The notes under the pieces were generated by a model that made no database searches, was not told where the DNA came from, and worked only from the letters and a program-made list of their open reading frames with translations. A stretch of DNA of 64,000 nt from an uncultured Desulfarculus sp. (GTDB taxonomy: Bacteria; Desulfobacterota; Desulfarculia; Desulfarculales; Desulfarculaceae). The DNA lies in the NCBI GenBank assembly GCA_963665125.2, contig CAXXUK010000001.1, positions 2,592,001 to 2,656,000 of the forward strand, given 5' to 3'. Made by a program: the position numbers and the translations under genes. Below are positions 17,623 through 26,755 of the stretch, in pieces; position 1 is the first letter of the stretch, and each line of letters starts with the position of its first letter.

Positions 17623-18921
17623 TTATTTGATTTTCAGCCAAAGCAGCCTGGCCGGGGTGCGGCCTGGGTTGTGCCAATTGGTGGGCATTTCCGAGCTGAG
17701 GTAGATCACGTCTCCGGCCCTGGCGTTGTGCACCGCCTTTTTGATCTTCATTTGCAAGCGTCCGGCCAGGACATAACCGACCTCCTCGCCCTTGTGCATG
17801 AAAAAGTGCGAAGGCAGGCTGGTCTTGGGCGGCACATCAATGATATACGGCTCGGCCTTGCGGTCCAGATCCATGGGCGTCAACAGACGCGCGGAAAGGG
17901 CCCCGGCCGGCAGATCGCCCAGCTTGACCTCCACGGCGTCATCGGCGCTGAAGACCAGGCGCTGTCGCTCCTCGGCGCTTTCATAAAAGAACGAACTTAT
18001 ATCCACGCTTAAAACGTCGGCCATCTTGATCAAAGCCGGCAGCGACGGATAAATATGGTTGCTCTCAACCTGGCTGATGGTGCTGGGAGTTACGCCCACA
18101 AGCTTGGCCAGGTCCGTCTGGCTGAGGCCCTTTTTGGCGCGCAGTTCCTTGAGACGCTTGCCCAGGTCGAAACGGCCCGTGGCCCGTCGCTGGGCATCAA
18201 AGCTGACGGAATTGCCCTTGGTCCAATAATTGAGCGGTTTATGCAGCGAATCGGGCGTGCGGTTTTCGGCCTTGACCACCGTGAGGCTCGTGGTTCCGCG
18301 TTTGATGGACAGTTCCAGCACCACCTGGGCGATCTGGGTGATGGCCGCCTTGAGCCGCTGGGAATGGGCGCCCTTTTCCATGATCCAATAGGCGATGGTG
18401 TTGAGTTCATACAGCCGGGGGCAGGCGTGGCTGTAAAAATTGATCATGGCGTCCTCGCCGCCCCAAAGCTCCTGCATGCCGGTGATGCTTTCCATGACGA
18501 AACGCACATCGCCGGTGAGGCCGCTTTGCAGATCAAAAAGCCTATCGGCCACCTCGGCCGGATCAGTGGGGTCATCCACCAAGACCACGTCCACCGATTG
18601 GTGATGTTCATTGTCTTCATAAAATTTCATGAACACGTCGGAGCCGTCGCCCATGCCGTTGGTGAAGCAGTCCAGAATCGTCATTTCAGGGTATTCGGCC
18701 AGGGGCCCCAGTTTCTCCAGCAGGTTCTTGGGGGAGCGGTCAAAGGTCACGTATATAAGGGGCCGTTCCTGGGATTGGCTGGCCATAATGAAGTTGTTGC
18801 AAAAAACCGTGGCCAACGATCCGGCGTCGTCCAGCCAGACAACATTGTCGCCAATTAACAGGCCTCCCAACACATGGTCCAGCTCCCCTACCCCGCTGGC
18901 AACCCTGATCGGTTCAGACAT
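17623..18921 (-). CDS. Transcriptional regulator: degenerate KaiC/RecA-like domain + XRE HTH + cupin
   Basis: SGVGELDHVLGG start; LGKRLKELRAKKGLSQTDLAKLVGVTPSTISQVE HTH; HKGEEVGYVLAG cupin; AAGGAG RBS. Confidence 0.9.
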   Translation of the reverse strand: MSEPIRVASGVGELDHVLGGLLIGDNVVWLDDAGSLATVFCNNFIMASQSQERPLIYVTFDRSPKNLLEKLGPLAEYPEMTILDCFTNGMGDGSDVFMKFYEDNEHHQSVDVVLVDDPTDPAEVADRLFDLQSGLTGDVRFVMESITGMQELWGGEDAMINFYSHACPRLYELNTIAYWIMEKGAHSQRLKAAITQIAQVVLELSIKRGTTSLTVVKAENRTPDSLHKPLNYWTKGNSVSFDAQRRATGRFDLGKRLKELRAKKGLSQTDLAKLVGVTPSTISQVESNHIYPSLPALIKMADVLSVDISSFFYESAEERQRLVFSADDAVEVKLGDLPAGALSARLLTPMDLDRKAEPYIIDVPPKTSLPSHFFMHKGEEVGYVLAGRLQMKIKKAVHNARAGDVIYLSSEMPTNWHNPGRTPARLLWLKIK

Positions 18922-19060
18922 GGTGCTTACTCCTTACAATAAAACCGAAGATTATAATTCTTCACCAGATCAGCTCATAACGAAAACCCCTTAAATATAA
19001 ACAGAATGCCAAGAAAACACTACACGGCGGCAAGTGTTTTTTTACATATACTGCAAATTT

Positions 19061-19522
19061 TTATGGCTTGGGTTTTTCCAAGTAGACTCTGCCCATGCCG
19101 TAAATCAGGGTATTGGGAGCATTTTCAATGGCAAATTTCAGTTCCGGCGTCAAGGGGCTGAGGCTGGTGATGTTTCCTCCGGGCATGTCGATGGTCACAT
19201 AAACTCTGTGGCCCGGCACTGGCTGGTAATAAATTTCGCCGCCCATCATCATTTTTTGCCAGGAGTCATCGAAAGTGGCGCAGCGGCCGCTGAAGGCCTC
19301 TCCCCCGTCAACAGGCCGGAAAGTGACCACGAGCCTGCTCAGATACTCACTGGACGACTCCAGAACAACCTGCTGAATGACGGCCATGACCTTGACCTGG
19401 GAGTTCTGGATGCGCTCCTTGTACACATAAGGCGGCAACACGGCCCAGGCCGTTGCCGCGGTTAGAATCATGGCCAAAGCGGCAACGGCCGCCAGGCGCT
19501 TGGGTCTGACATGAATCCGCAT
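19061..19522 (-). CDS. Secreted hypothetical protein
   Basis: GGAGGAG RBS before ATG 19522; signal peptide ending ATAWA|VLPPY. Confidence 0.72.
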   Translation of the reverse strand: MRIHVRPKRLAAVAALAMILTAATAWAVLPPYVYKERIQNSQVKVMAVIQQVVLESSSEYLSRLVVTFRPVDGGEAFSGRCATFDDSWQKMMMGGEIYYQPVPGHRVYVTIDMPGGNITSLSPLTPELKFAIENAPNTLIYGMGRVYLEKPKP

Positions 19523-19591
19523 TTTCTCCTCCATGCATGTCAATTTTCAACAGTATGCATCCTCAAACAAATACCGCGCAAACTGAAACAT

Positions 19592-19638
19592 TACGGCCTC
19601 ACTCCACATAGACATAGTCTATGTGGAGTGAGGCCGTA
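19592..19638. repeat. Perfect 22-bp hairpin
   Basis: tacggcctcactccacatagac-ata-gtctatgtggagtgaggccgta. Confidence 0.9.
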
Positions 19639-19644
19639 TCTGGT

Positions 19645-19781
19645 TTCTTTGGAAGGGGGTTTGGGGGAAACCTTGCGCAATTCTTGCGCCCCCAAAGCGG
19701 GGGCACAACGTCTTGCACCAAAATACAAATACGGCCCCGAACCGGCGCAGCTCACCTACTGGGGCAAGAAAGGTTTCCCCC
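19645..19781. repeat. REP-like element (ttctttggaagggg...ggggaaacctt / aagaaaggtttcccc)
   Basis: Shares end motif with 23385-23443; terminal hairpin arms separated by an expanded ~90-nt interior. Confidence 0.65.
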
Positions 19782-19786
19782 AGCTC

Positions 19787-20632
19787 TCACTGCTTAGCCA
19801 AAAACTCGTTGAAGTAGTCCTCAAAGGAGCCGACGTCCCTGCCGTCGCGTTTGGCCTGGTTGTACTGCATCGATGCCTTCCAATAGAGGTTGGCCATTTG
19901 ATAGAAGAACTGGTTGTCTTCAAAGAAGGGGACTGCGGCGGCCTGCTCGGTGGCTTTGGACACGTAGCCCTGGGTCGCCAGCTCCGCGCCAGCCTTTTTG
20001 ATGGCGTCCATGGCGGCCTGGTAGGGCTGCTCAAAAAAGGCGCGGTTGGACATGGCCTCGGCAGCGGGGCGCAGGACCTCGCCCACCAGCATGGCAGAGC
20101 CTCCGCCAAAGGTGCGGCGGAATGTGCCCAAAAGCGGCTCGAAGTGGTCGACCTCGGGGAAGCCGCAGACGCTCAACAGCACCACCCGGCAGTTTCCCTC
20201 GTAACGGCTGGGGTGGCTGGTCAGACCCGTTTTTTTATCCTCGACCAAAAACGGCTGGGCCATGGGCAGCATGCGGTCCAGGAAGTTCTTGGCCAGGCCG
20301 GGCAGGGAAAAATAGTACAGGGGCAGGGCGAAGATCAACGCGTCGCAGGCCTTGACCTTTTCCAGCAGCTCCGGCATATCGTCGCCCTTGTGGATACACA
20401 CGCCGGGCGTGTTTTCCCAGCAGGTAAAGCAGCCCACGCAGTGCTTGATTTTTTTGTCCTTTAGATAGACTTTTTCGCTTTTGAGGCCACCGCTTTCCAT
20501 GCCCTGGACAAAGTAGTCGAGACAATGGTCGGTCCAACCTTTTGGGCCCCTGGGGCTGCCCTGGATTATCAGCGCGCTTTGGGGCGGCCGCCATCCCCCG
20601 GTGGCCTGCCTGCGGATCTCGTCACGGCCCAT
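19787..20632 (-). CDS. Flavodoxin-like / iron-sulfur flavoprotein (NADPH-dependent FMN reductase family)
   Basis: GSPRGPKGWT, HCVGCFTCW..PGVCIHKGDDM, PLYYFSLPGLAKNFLDR; AAGGAGG RBS before ATG 20632. Confidence 0.85.
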   Translation of the reverse strand: MGRDEIRRQATGGWRPPQSALIIQGSPRGPKGWTDHCLDYFVQGMESGGLKSEKVYLKDKKIKHCVGCFTCWENTPGVCIHKGDDMPELLEKVKACDALIFALPLYYFSLPGLAKNFLDRMLPMAQPFLVEDKKTGLTSHPSRYEGNCRVVLLSVCGFPEVDHFEPLLGTFRRTFGGGSAMLVGEVLRPAAEAMSNRAFFEQPYQAAMDAIKKAGAELATQGYVSKATEQAAAVPFFEDNQFFYQMANLYWKASMQYNQAKRDGRDVGSFEDYFNEFLAKQ

Positions 20633-20932
20633 GAGGCCCTCCTTTTCTGAAACAACGCTCAAGATAACACCAACACACCCACTCTATATTTTCCGCTTGG
20701 GTGGGGTCAAGGCTTCCATATGTTGTGCTTTTGATACAAAAGAGAACGTTTATGATAAATATTATTAAAAAATTTTTTCTTAATTTTCCCTCCCCAATCC
20801 GAATTATTTCACAGCCGCCGACAACACTGCCGCCTTTATTTATCGAGCATTTGACACACCTACGTATTTTGGCAACAGGTGTGGCGTATTGTGGAAGCCC
20901 TCCCGACCGCGCCCCTGGTTTCATTTTTGCCC

Positions 20933-20994
20933 TTGACGTAATTTCGCCACAAAATGTAGTATGTCTTTCCAGTGAAGGACACAACATGAAGCAT
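20933..20994 (+). promoter_or_regulatory. nrdD promoter with two tandem NrdR boxes
   Basis: TTGACG-18-TAGTAT; ccaCAAaATgTAGtat (20947-20962) and acaCAAcATgaAGcat (20979-20994) match acaCwAtATaTwGtg and are 32 bp apart. Confidence 0.75.
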
Positions 20995-21041
20995 ATGGCT
21001 TTTGCCAATCAAATAAAACAGTTTGGACTCGGGAGTAAGCG

Positions 21042-23174
21042 ATGGCCGAGCTAAAAGTGGTGGAAAAGACAAACCACAAGGCACAAGCGGTGGAGACCAC
21101 CGACATGGCGCTTTTCGTGCGCACCAGTGCCGAGGAGATGGACTCCTGGGATAAATCCCGCATCGAGGCGGCCCTGATCAAGGAGACCATGCTCGACGAC
21201 ATTACGGCCAAGGAGATCGCCGCCGAAGTCGAGGCCCAGATCACCAACGCCGGCATCAGCATGGTCACAGCGCCTCTGATCCGCGAGTTGGCCAACGCCA
21301 AGCTCATCGAGCGCGGCCTTGAGACCGAGCGCCTGCGCCACACCCGTTTGGGCGTGCCGCTCTACGACGTGGACTCCATGCTGCGTTTCGCCAACAAGGA
21401 AAACGCCAACGTGCCCCACGGCCCCGAGGCCACCAACCTGACCCTGGCCGAGAGCATCAAAAAGGAATACGCCCTGATCAGCGTGTTCTCGCCCGATGTC
21501 GGCGACGCCCACATGCGCGGAGACATCCATCTGCACGACCTGGGCTTCGTGGACCGGCCCTACTGCTCGGGCCAGAGCCTGGAATACATCAAGAAATTCG
21601 GCCTGAACCTGCCCAACAGCCTGGCCCTGGCCAAACCGGCCAAGCACCCCGAGGTGCTTCTGGCCCATATGGTCAAGTTCGCCGCGGCCCTGCAGTCCAA
21701 CTTTGCCGGGGCCATCGGCTGGGATGCGGTAAACCTGTTCTTCGCGCCCTACCTCGAAGGCCTTGAAGACTCGGCCGTCAAGCAGATGGCCCAGATGCTG
21801 ATCTTCGAGTTCAGCCAGCAGGCCGTGGCCCGGGGCGGCCAGGCCATCTTCACCGACATCAACCTGTACTGGGAGGTGCCCAAGCACTTCGAGAACGTCC
21901 CGGCCATCGGCCCCAACGGCCAATACACCGGCAAGACCTATGCCGAATACGAAAAAGAGGCCCAGCGCTTTGCCTGGAAGCTCTTCGATGTCTACAAAGA
22001 AGGCGACGGCGCGGGCAGGCCGTTCTTCTTCCCCAAACCGCTGGTGCACATCACCGAGAAGTTCTTCAAGACCGACGGTCACATGGACTTCCTGCACCAT
22101 ATCTGCGACGTGGCCAGCGACAAGGGCAACACCTACTTTGTCTTCGACCGCGGCGAAACGGCCAAGATCAGCGAGTGCTGCCGCCTGAGCTTCAAGCTGG
22201 AAAAGAGCGACCTGGACGACGCCAACACCCCGTGGCGCATGCGCTACAGCGCCCTGCAGAACGTGACGATCAACCTGCCTCGTATCGCCTACGAGGCCCA
22301 GGGCGACGACACCAAGCTGTTCAAGATCCTGCGGGAGCGGGTGGCCCTGGCCGCCAAGGCCCACGTGGAAAAACGCGAGTTCATCCAGAACCTCTTAAAC
22401 CAGGGGCCAAACGGCCCGCTGGCCCTGCTGGCCATGGAACTCGACGGCATGCCCTACCTGCGCATGCACCGGGTGACCTACCTGGTGGGCATGGTAGGCC
22501 TCAATGAAATGCTCAAGGAGCACATCGGTCAGGAACTTCACGATTCCGAAGACGCCATGCGCTTCGGCCTGAAGGTCATCGCCCAGATGAACCTGGCCTG
22601 CGACCACTACGCCAAACACCACGGCATGCGTTTCGTCCTGGAGCAGACCCCGGCCGAGTCCACGGCCTACCGCTTCGCCAAGCTGGACCTGAAGCACTAC
22701 TCGGACAAGGCCAAGCACAACGTCAAGGGAGACATCTTCCGCAACGAGGTCTACTACACCAACTCGACCCTGTTCAACGTGGGGTCCAAGACCAACCCCA
22801 TCGAGCGCGTCAAGCTGGAAGGCCGCTTCCATCCGCTGATCGAGGCCGGCGCCATCACCCACGTCTGGCTGGGCGAGGCCCACCCCTCGGCGGAATCGCT
22901 GGCCAACTTCGTGATCAAGATCTTCCGGGACACCAAAAACGACCAGGTGGCCTTCAGCCCCGAGTTCTCCTGCTGCAAGGCCTGCGGCAAGACCACCCGC
23001 GGCATGGTGGATAACTGCTCCTACTGCGGCTCGGAAGACCTGGACCAGATTACCCGCATCACCGGCTACTTTACCCGCGTCTCATCCTGGAACAAGGGCA
23101 AGATCGGCGAACTCAAGGACCGCTACCGCAATGACGGGTTCTTCAGCGCCGGCGCCAAGGCCGACGCGGTCTGA
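21042..23174 (+). CDS. nrdD: Anaerobic (class III) ribonucleoside-triphosphate reductase
   Basis: N-terminal ATP cone, IHLHDLG, SECCRL, QTPAES, YYTNS, CxxC...CxxC, glycyl-radical TRITGYF. Confidence 0.97.
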   Translation: MAELKVVEKTNHKAQAVETTDMALFVRTSAEEMDSWDKSRIEAALIKETMLDDITAKEIAAEVEAQITNAGISMVTAPLIRELANAKLIERGLETERLRHTRLGVPLYDVDSMLRFANKENANVPHGPEATNLTLAESIKKEYALISVFSPDVGDAHMRGDIHLHDLGFVDRPYCSGQSLEYIKKFGLNLPNSLALAKPAKHPEVLLAHMVKFAAALQSNFAGAIGWDAVNLFFAPYLEGLEDSAVKQMAQMLIFEFSQQAVARGGQAIFTDINLYWEVPKHFENVPAIGPNGQYTGKTYAEYEKEAQRFAWKLFDVYKEGDGAGRPFFFPKPLVHITEKFFKTDGHMDFLHHICDVASDKGNTYFVFDRGETAKISECCRLSFKLEKSDLDDANTPWRMRYSALQNVTINLPRIAYEAQGDDTKLFKILRERVALAAKAHVEKREFIQNLLNQGPNGPLALLAMELDGMPYLRMHRVTYLVGMVGLNEMLKEHIGQELHDSEDAMRFGLKVIAQMNLACDHYAKHHGMRFVLEQTPAESTAYRFAKLDLKHYSDKAKHNVKGDIFRNEVYYTNSTLFNVGSKTNPIERVKLEGRFHPLIEAGAITHVWLGEAHPSAESLANFVIKIFRDTKNDQVAFSPEFSCCKACGKTTRGMVDNCSYCGSEDLDQITRITGYFTRVSSWNKGKIGELKDRYRNDGFFSAGAKADAV

Positions 23175-23190
23175 GATTCATCCGGGAGGC

Positions 23191-23443
23191 GGGGGGAGCT
23201 TTTTTGAAAAAATGCCCCCCCACACCCCCCGCAAAAAACTTTGGCGCTTTTATGTTCCGCCTAAGGCGAAACATAAAAGCTGCGGCAAAAAGGGCACGAG
23301 GTTTCAATGACATTTGAAACCCAAAATTCGAAACGAATTGGTTGCAACCGGCCGAAGGCCGGGAGGCAACCAATTCGTTTCGGGCAAAGTTCTTTTGGAA
23401 GGGGTCCGGGGAAACATTTTCTTTCAAGAAAAGGTTTCCCCGG
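23191..23443. repeat. Composite palindromic (REPIN/BIME-like) element between nrdD and nrdH-like gene
   Basis: Inverted ~55-nt end motifs (23191-23243, 23385-23443) enclosing three hairpins (23246-23280, 23300-23321, 23329-23382). Confidence 0.75.
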
Positions 23444-23473
23444 CGGCGCTAACCCTAAGGGAGAAAAAGGGAT

Positions 23474-23725
23474 ATGACTCTGTTTACCAAGCCTGGTTGC
23501 GAGAAGTGCCATTACATCACCGACAAATTCGACCTGACGGCGCTTGGTGTCAACTTGGACGTGCTTGGGCCGGACAATCCGGATGCATTGGCGCATCTGG
23601 CCTGGCACGAGTTGGTGGACGTGGCCGAGCGCGAGCTGCCGATTCTGGTGCTCGACGATATGAGCCACATCACCGGAGCGATCAATATCAAATCATATCT
23701 AAAGAAACACGTGGGTAATGCCTGA
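23474..23725 (+). CDS. Small glutaredoxin/NrdH-like redoxin
   Basis: TLFTKPGCEKC N-terminal CxxC, cis-Pro-like ELPILV; lies between nrdD and nrdG. Confidence 0.8.
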   Translation: MTLFTKPGCEKCHYITDKFDLTALGVNLDVLGPDNPDALAHLAWHELVDVAERELPILVLDDMSHITGAINIKSYLKKHVGNA

Positions 23726-24464
23726 GGCGAAACGACACCTTGATGCCGGGGCGCGGGCGGGCCTAGCCGGGCTGCCGGAGATCAAGGGTTTTCTGGAGAC
23801 CAGCTTTTTGGACTGGCGGGGCCGCATTTCGGCGGTCCTGTTCCTGCCGGGCTGCAACTTCAGTTGTCCGTTTTGCCACAATTACGCCCTTGTGACGGAC
23901 CCGGACTCGTATGAGACGCAACCGGCCGAGTATGTACTGGGCCGGTTGCGCGGGTTCGTGGGCTGGATCGACGGCGTGGTGATCAGCGGCGGCGAGCCGA
24001 CACTGCATCCGGGGCTGCCGCAACTCATCAAGGCGATCAGGGCCGAGGGCTTCGGCATAAAGCTAGACACCAACGGCTACCGGCCCGAGGTGGTGCGTTC
24101 TCTGGTGGAGTCCGGGTCGGTGGACATGGTGGCCATGGACGTCAAGGCTCCGCTGGAAGCGTTGGCCTATCGCCGGGCCACGGGCAAAGCCGTTGATGTG
24201 GCGCGGGTGCGCCAGACGGTGGAATACCTCAAATCCTGCGGCATTGATCACGAGTTCCGCTCGACGATTATTCCAGCATGGCACGGACAGACCGAGCTTG
24301 AGCAAATGGGACAGTCCGTGCGCGGATGCCAGACCTGGACTCTTCAGGCCATGAATCCGCAAACGGCTTGGAACCGCGAGGCATTGGGCCGAGGCGAAGT
24401 GTACACGGCAGAAGACATTTCGCGTCTTCAGTCCGAATTGGCCGCGTCTTATACTCGCGGCTAG
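23718..24464 (+). CDS. nrdG: Anaerobic RNR activating enzyme (radical SAM)
   Basis: GCNFSCPFCHN, VISGGEPTLH, KLDTNG, AMDVKAP, EFRST. Confidence 0.95.
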   Translation: MPEAKRHLDAGARAGLAGLPEIKGFLETSFLDWRGRISAVLFLPGCNFSCPFCHNYALVTDPDSYETQPAEYVLGRLRGFVGWIDGVVISGGEPTLHPGLPQLIKAIRAEGFGIKLDTNGYRPEVVRSLVESGSVDMVAMDVKAPLEALAYRRATGKAVDVARVRQTVEYLKSCGIDHEFRSTIIPAWHGQTELEQMGQSVRGCQTWTLQAMNPQTAWNREALGRGEVYTAEDISRLQSELAASYTRG

Positions 24465-24476
24465 GAGCGCCGGGGT

Positions 24477-25373
24477 TTGGTTGGACTACGCATAATCCTG
24501 TTTGACGGTGGCGATGGGCTGTGCCTTTTCGTGCGTTTGCCCGAGGGCCGCCGTCTGCTCGTTGACTGCGGAAGGAACGCCAGCGGCCAACCTGTGCAAT
24601 TATTGCGGGAAATGGGCCAAATGGACCGCCTGCACCCCCTTGATGAATACCTGCGTCCTTTCAACGAAACTCCCGAAGTCTGGCGTTGGCTGGGCTTTTT
24701 GTCTTTGCTGCGCGGGCTGGTTTTACGGCCCGGCGGTTCGTGGATTTTCTGGCGGCATGAGGAGTCGGCCGAGCCCGGCTTTTGTTTGCGGGCGCATGTA
24801 GCGGCCCTCAGGAGCATGCCTTGCCCGCCCGAGGGCGTGTTTCCCCAGCCTCCTATTCTGGTGATGGGCCTGACGCCGGAGGAGGTGCTGGACCTGGGCG
24901 GCACGCCGGGGGCGTGGGTGCGTAACTGTTCCCTGGCCGTGCGGCTGCGCACGGGCGGCGCGGACGGCCACCTGTTGGTGGGCGGCGACCTGCGCACCGC
25001 CGCCTGGCAGCGCATCCTGGCCGACCAGGGCCTGAAAAAAAATGTCCGCGGCGTGCGTCTTTATGCCACGGGCCCGCCGCCGGGCGGATTCGATCTGAAC
25101 CGGGGCCTGCTGATGGCCGCCCTGCCCTGGCTGCTTCTGGGCTTGATGAACCCGGCCCGCCGCTGGGGGCTCGGCGACAGCCCCGGCGGCATGGATATGA
25201 GCACGCCCGCTGTGGGCATGCTGCAAATAGACGTGGACAACGACGGCAGCATGGTTGTTCGCGGAATGCCCAAAGCCGCCAATACCCTGCGCTGGCAGGG
25301 CACGGCCAGGCTGCCCCAGGATTCGACTTTGCCCGCGCCATGGCCGGTGCGCAGGGCCTTGGCGGGCAACTGA
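24477..25373 (+). CDS. Degenerate ComEC/Rec2-like metallo-beta-lactamase-fold protein
   Basis: FDGGDGLCLFVRLPEGRRLLVDCG, NCSLAVRL, LLVGGDL...AW..IL; HxHxDH absent; AGGAG upstream of TTG. Confidence 0.55.
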   Translation: MVGLRIILFDGGDGLCLFVRLPEGRRLLVDCGRNASGQPVQLLREMGQMDRLHPLDEYLRPFNETPEVWRWLGFLSLLRGLVLRPGGSWIFWRHEESAEPGFCLRAHVAALRSMPCPPEGVFPQPPILVMGLTPEEVLDLGGTPGAWVRNCSLAVRLRTGGADGHLLVGGDLRTAAWQRILADQGLKKNVRGVRLYATGPPPGGFDLNRGLLMAALPWLLLGLMNPARRWGLGDSPGGMDMSTPAVGMLQIDVDNDGSMVVRGMPKAANTLRWQGTARLPQDSTLPAPWPVRRALAGN

Positions 25374-25394
25374 CAAGCTATTCAAGGAGGAGTC

Positions 25395-25664
25395 ATGAAC
25401 CTCTGCGAAGAACTGCTCAAGGAAGTTTGGCTCAAGGGCCGTACGCGCTCCGATGGCGGCATATGGCGCAAGGACGAGTGCGGAGCCTGGATGTTGTGGC
25501 GCCATTACGGCGACATGGACTCGGAATACGGCTGGGTCATCCAGGACGACTCGCCGGGCAAGTTGTCCGGCAGCATCGCCTTTATGAGGCCTGTTCACTG
25601 GGCCAACGCCGGTTGCCGTCAATGCAAAGTAACCAGCGACAGTGTTTTTAATATTTATGAATGA
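25395..25664 (+). CDS. Degenerate paralogue of the adjacent HNH protein
   Basis: RKDECGAWM...YGD..SEYGW...MRPVHWAN aligns with next gene; GGAGGAG RBS. Confidence 0.75.
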   Translation: MNLCEELLKEVWLKGRTRSDGGIWRKDECGAWMLWRHYGDMDSEYGWVIQDDSPGKLSGSIAFMRPVHWANAGCRQCKVTSDSVFNIYE

Positions 25665-25685
25665 GAGTTTTTTAGCGGGGGAGCT

Positions 25686-25991
25686 ATGAAAGTTTCGCCA
25701 GAAATCATTCAGAAGGTCTGGGAGACGGCCGAAACCGCCCCCCAGATGAATCCAGACTGCGTACGCCGGGACTGTTTCGGCGCCTGGATCTACCGCCAGG
25801 CCTTCGGCGACCGGGGCTCGGCCTATGGCTGGGAAATCGACCACATCATTCCCCTGGCCTCCGGCGGCTGCAACGAGTTGGACAACATGCGGCCCATGCA
25901 GTGGCAAAACAGCCACGTCCGCCGGGAAGGGCAACTGCGTTGCATGGTCACGGCCCTGGGCGGGGCCAACGCCTTCGCGGGGCGCAGTTAG
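25686..25991 (+). CDS. Small HNH endonuclease
   Basis: GWEIDHIIPLASGGCNELDNMRPMQWQN. Confidence 0.88.
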   Translation: MKVSPEIIQKVWETAETAPQMNPDCVRRDCFGAWIYRQAFGDRGSAYGWEIDHIIPLASGGCNELDNMRPMQWQNSHVRREGQLRCMVTALGGANAFAGRS

Positions 25992-26083
25992 GTGCTAATA
26001 CTTGCACCTTGGCCCGTCCTGGCCAGCCTATCCATGATGCACCGAGTTACTGTTACAAACCGTTCGGTCGGGGCCGCTGGCGT

Positions 26084-26755
26084 TTATCCTTGCACTGGGT
26101 ATTGCCCACGACTTGGGAGCCCAAGCATTGGGCGCGCAAGCATTGCGCCTGAATGGGGCAGGACTTTATCGGCTCCGGCCCGGATCAAATCATCCGGGCT
26201 GGTCCGGCCGCTGGCCACGCCCACGCAGCCACAACCAGCGGCCTTGCCCGCCTGCATGTCCGTGGGGTGATCGCCCACCATCCAGGCATCGCCAGGAGCG
26301 ACTTTAAGGGCCTCCAAGGCCTGGACCACGTGGTCCGGATGGGGCTTGGGCCGGGGGGCCAGTTCCCTGGGCACGAACACCTCGCATTTTTCGTCGATGT
26401 CCGGAAAGACCCGCCTTATGGCCACGTCGCAGTTGCGGCTGATCACGGCCCTGCCTATGCCCATGGCCCCCAGATGGTCCAACAGCGGACGGGTGAAGCT
26501 GAACAATTCGGCGCGGTCGGCAGCCTCGACCTCTATGTCCCGGATTATGCGCCGGGCCTGTTGATCAAAGCCGTTGCCCAGAACAAGCTGAACCTGGGCC
26601 ATCGCCTCCAGCAGATAGCCTTCGGGCCAGGGGGCGTCATACCCCATTTGTCTGGCAAGGGCCTCCACATGTTGGGCCATCATGGCGAAATCGATATTCA
26701 GTTCGGCCAGGGTGCCGTCAAAATCAAAAATAACGGCCTTGGGCTTTTCGGTCAT
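26084..26755 (-). CDS. HAD-family hydrolase (phosphoglycolate phosphatase-like)
   Basis: IFDFDGTL, KPHP, MVGDHPTD; ATGA overlap with upstream gene. Confidence 0.9.
   Translation of the reverse strand: MTEKPKAVIFDFDGTLAELNIDFAMMAQHVEALARQMGYDAPWPEGYLLEAMAQVQLVLGNGFDQQARRIIRDIEVEAADRAELFSFTRPLLDHLGAMGIGRAVISRNCDVAIRRVFPDIDEKCEVFVPRELAPRPKPHPDHVVQALEALKVAPGDAWMVGDHPTDMQAGKAAGCGCVGVASGRTSPDDLIRAGADKVLPHSGAMLARPMLGLPSRGQYPVQG

Noticed and set aside
20622..21054. ORFs in the AT-rich flavoprotein/nrdD intergenic region
   Set aside because: Atypical composition; overlap the promoter and NrdR boxes
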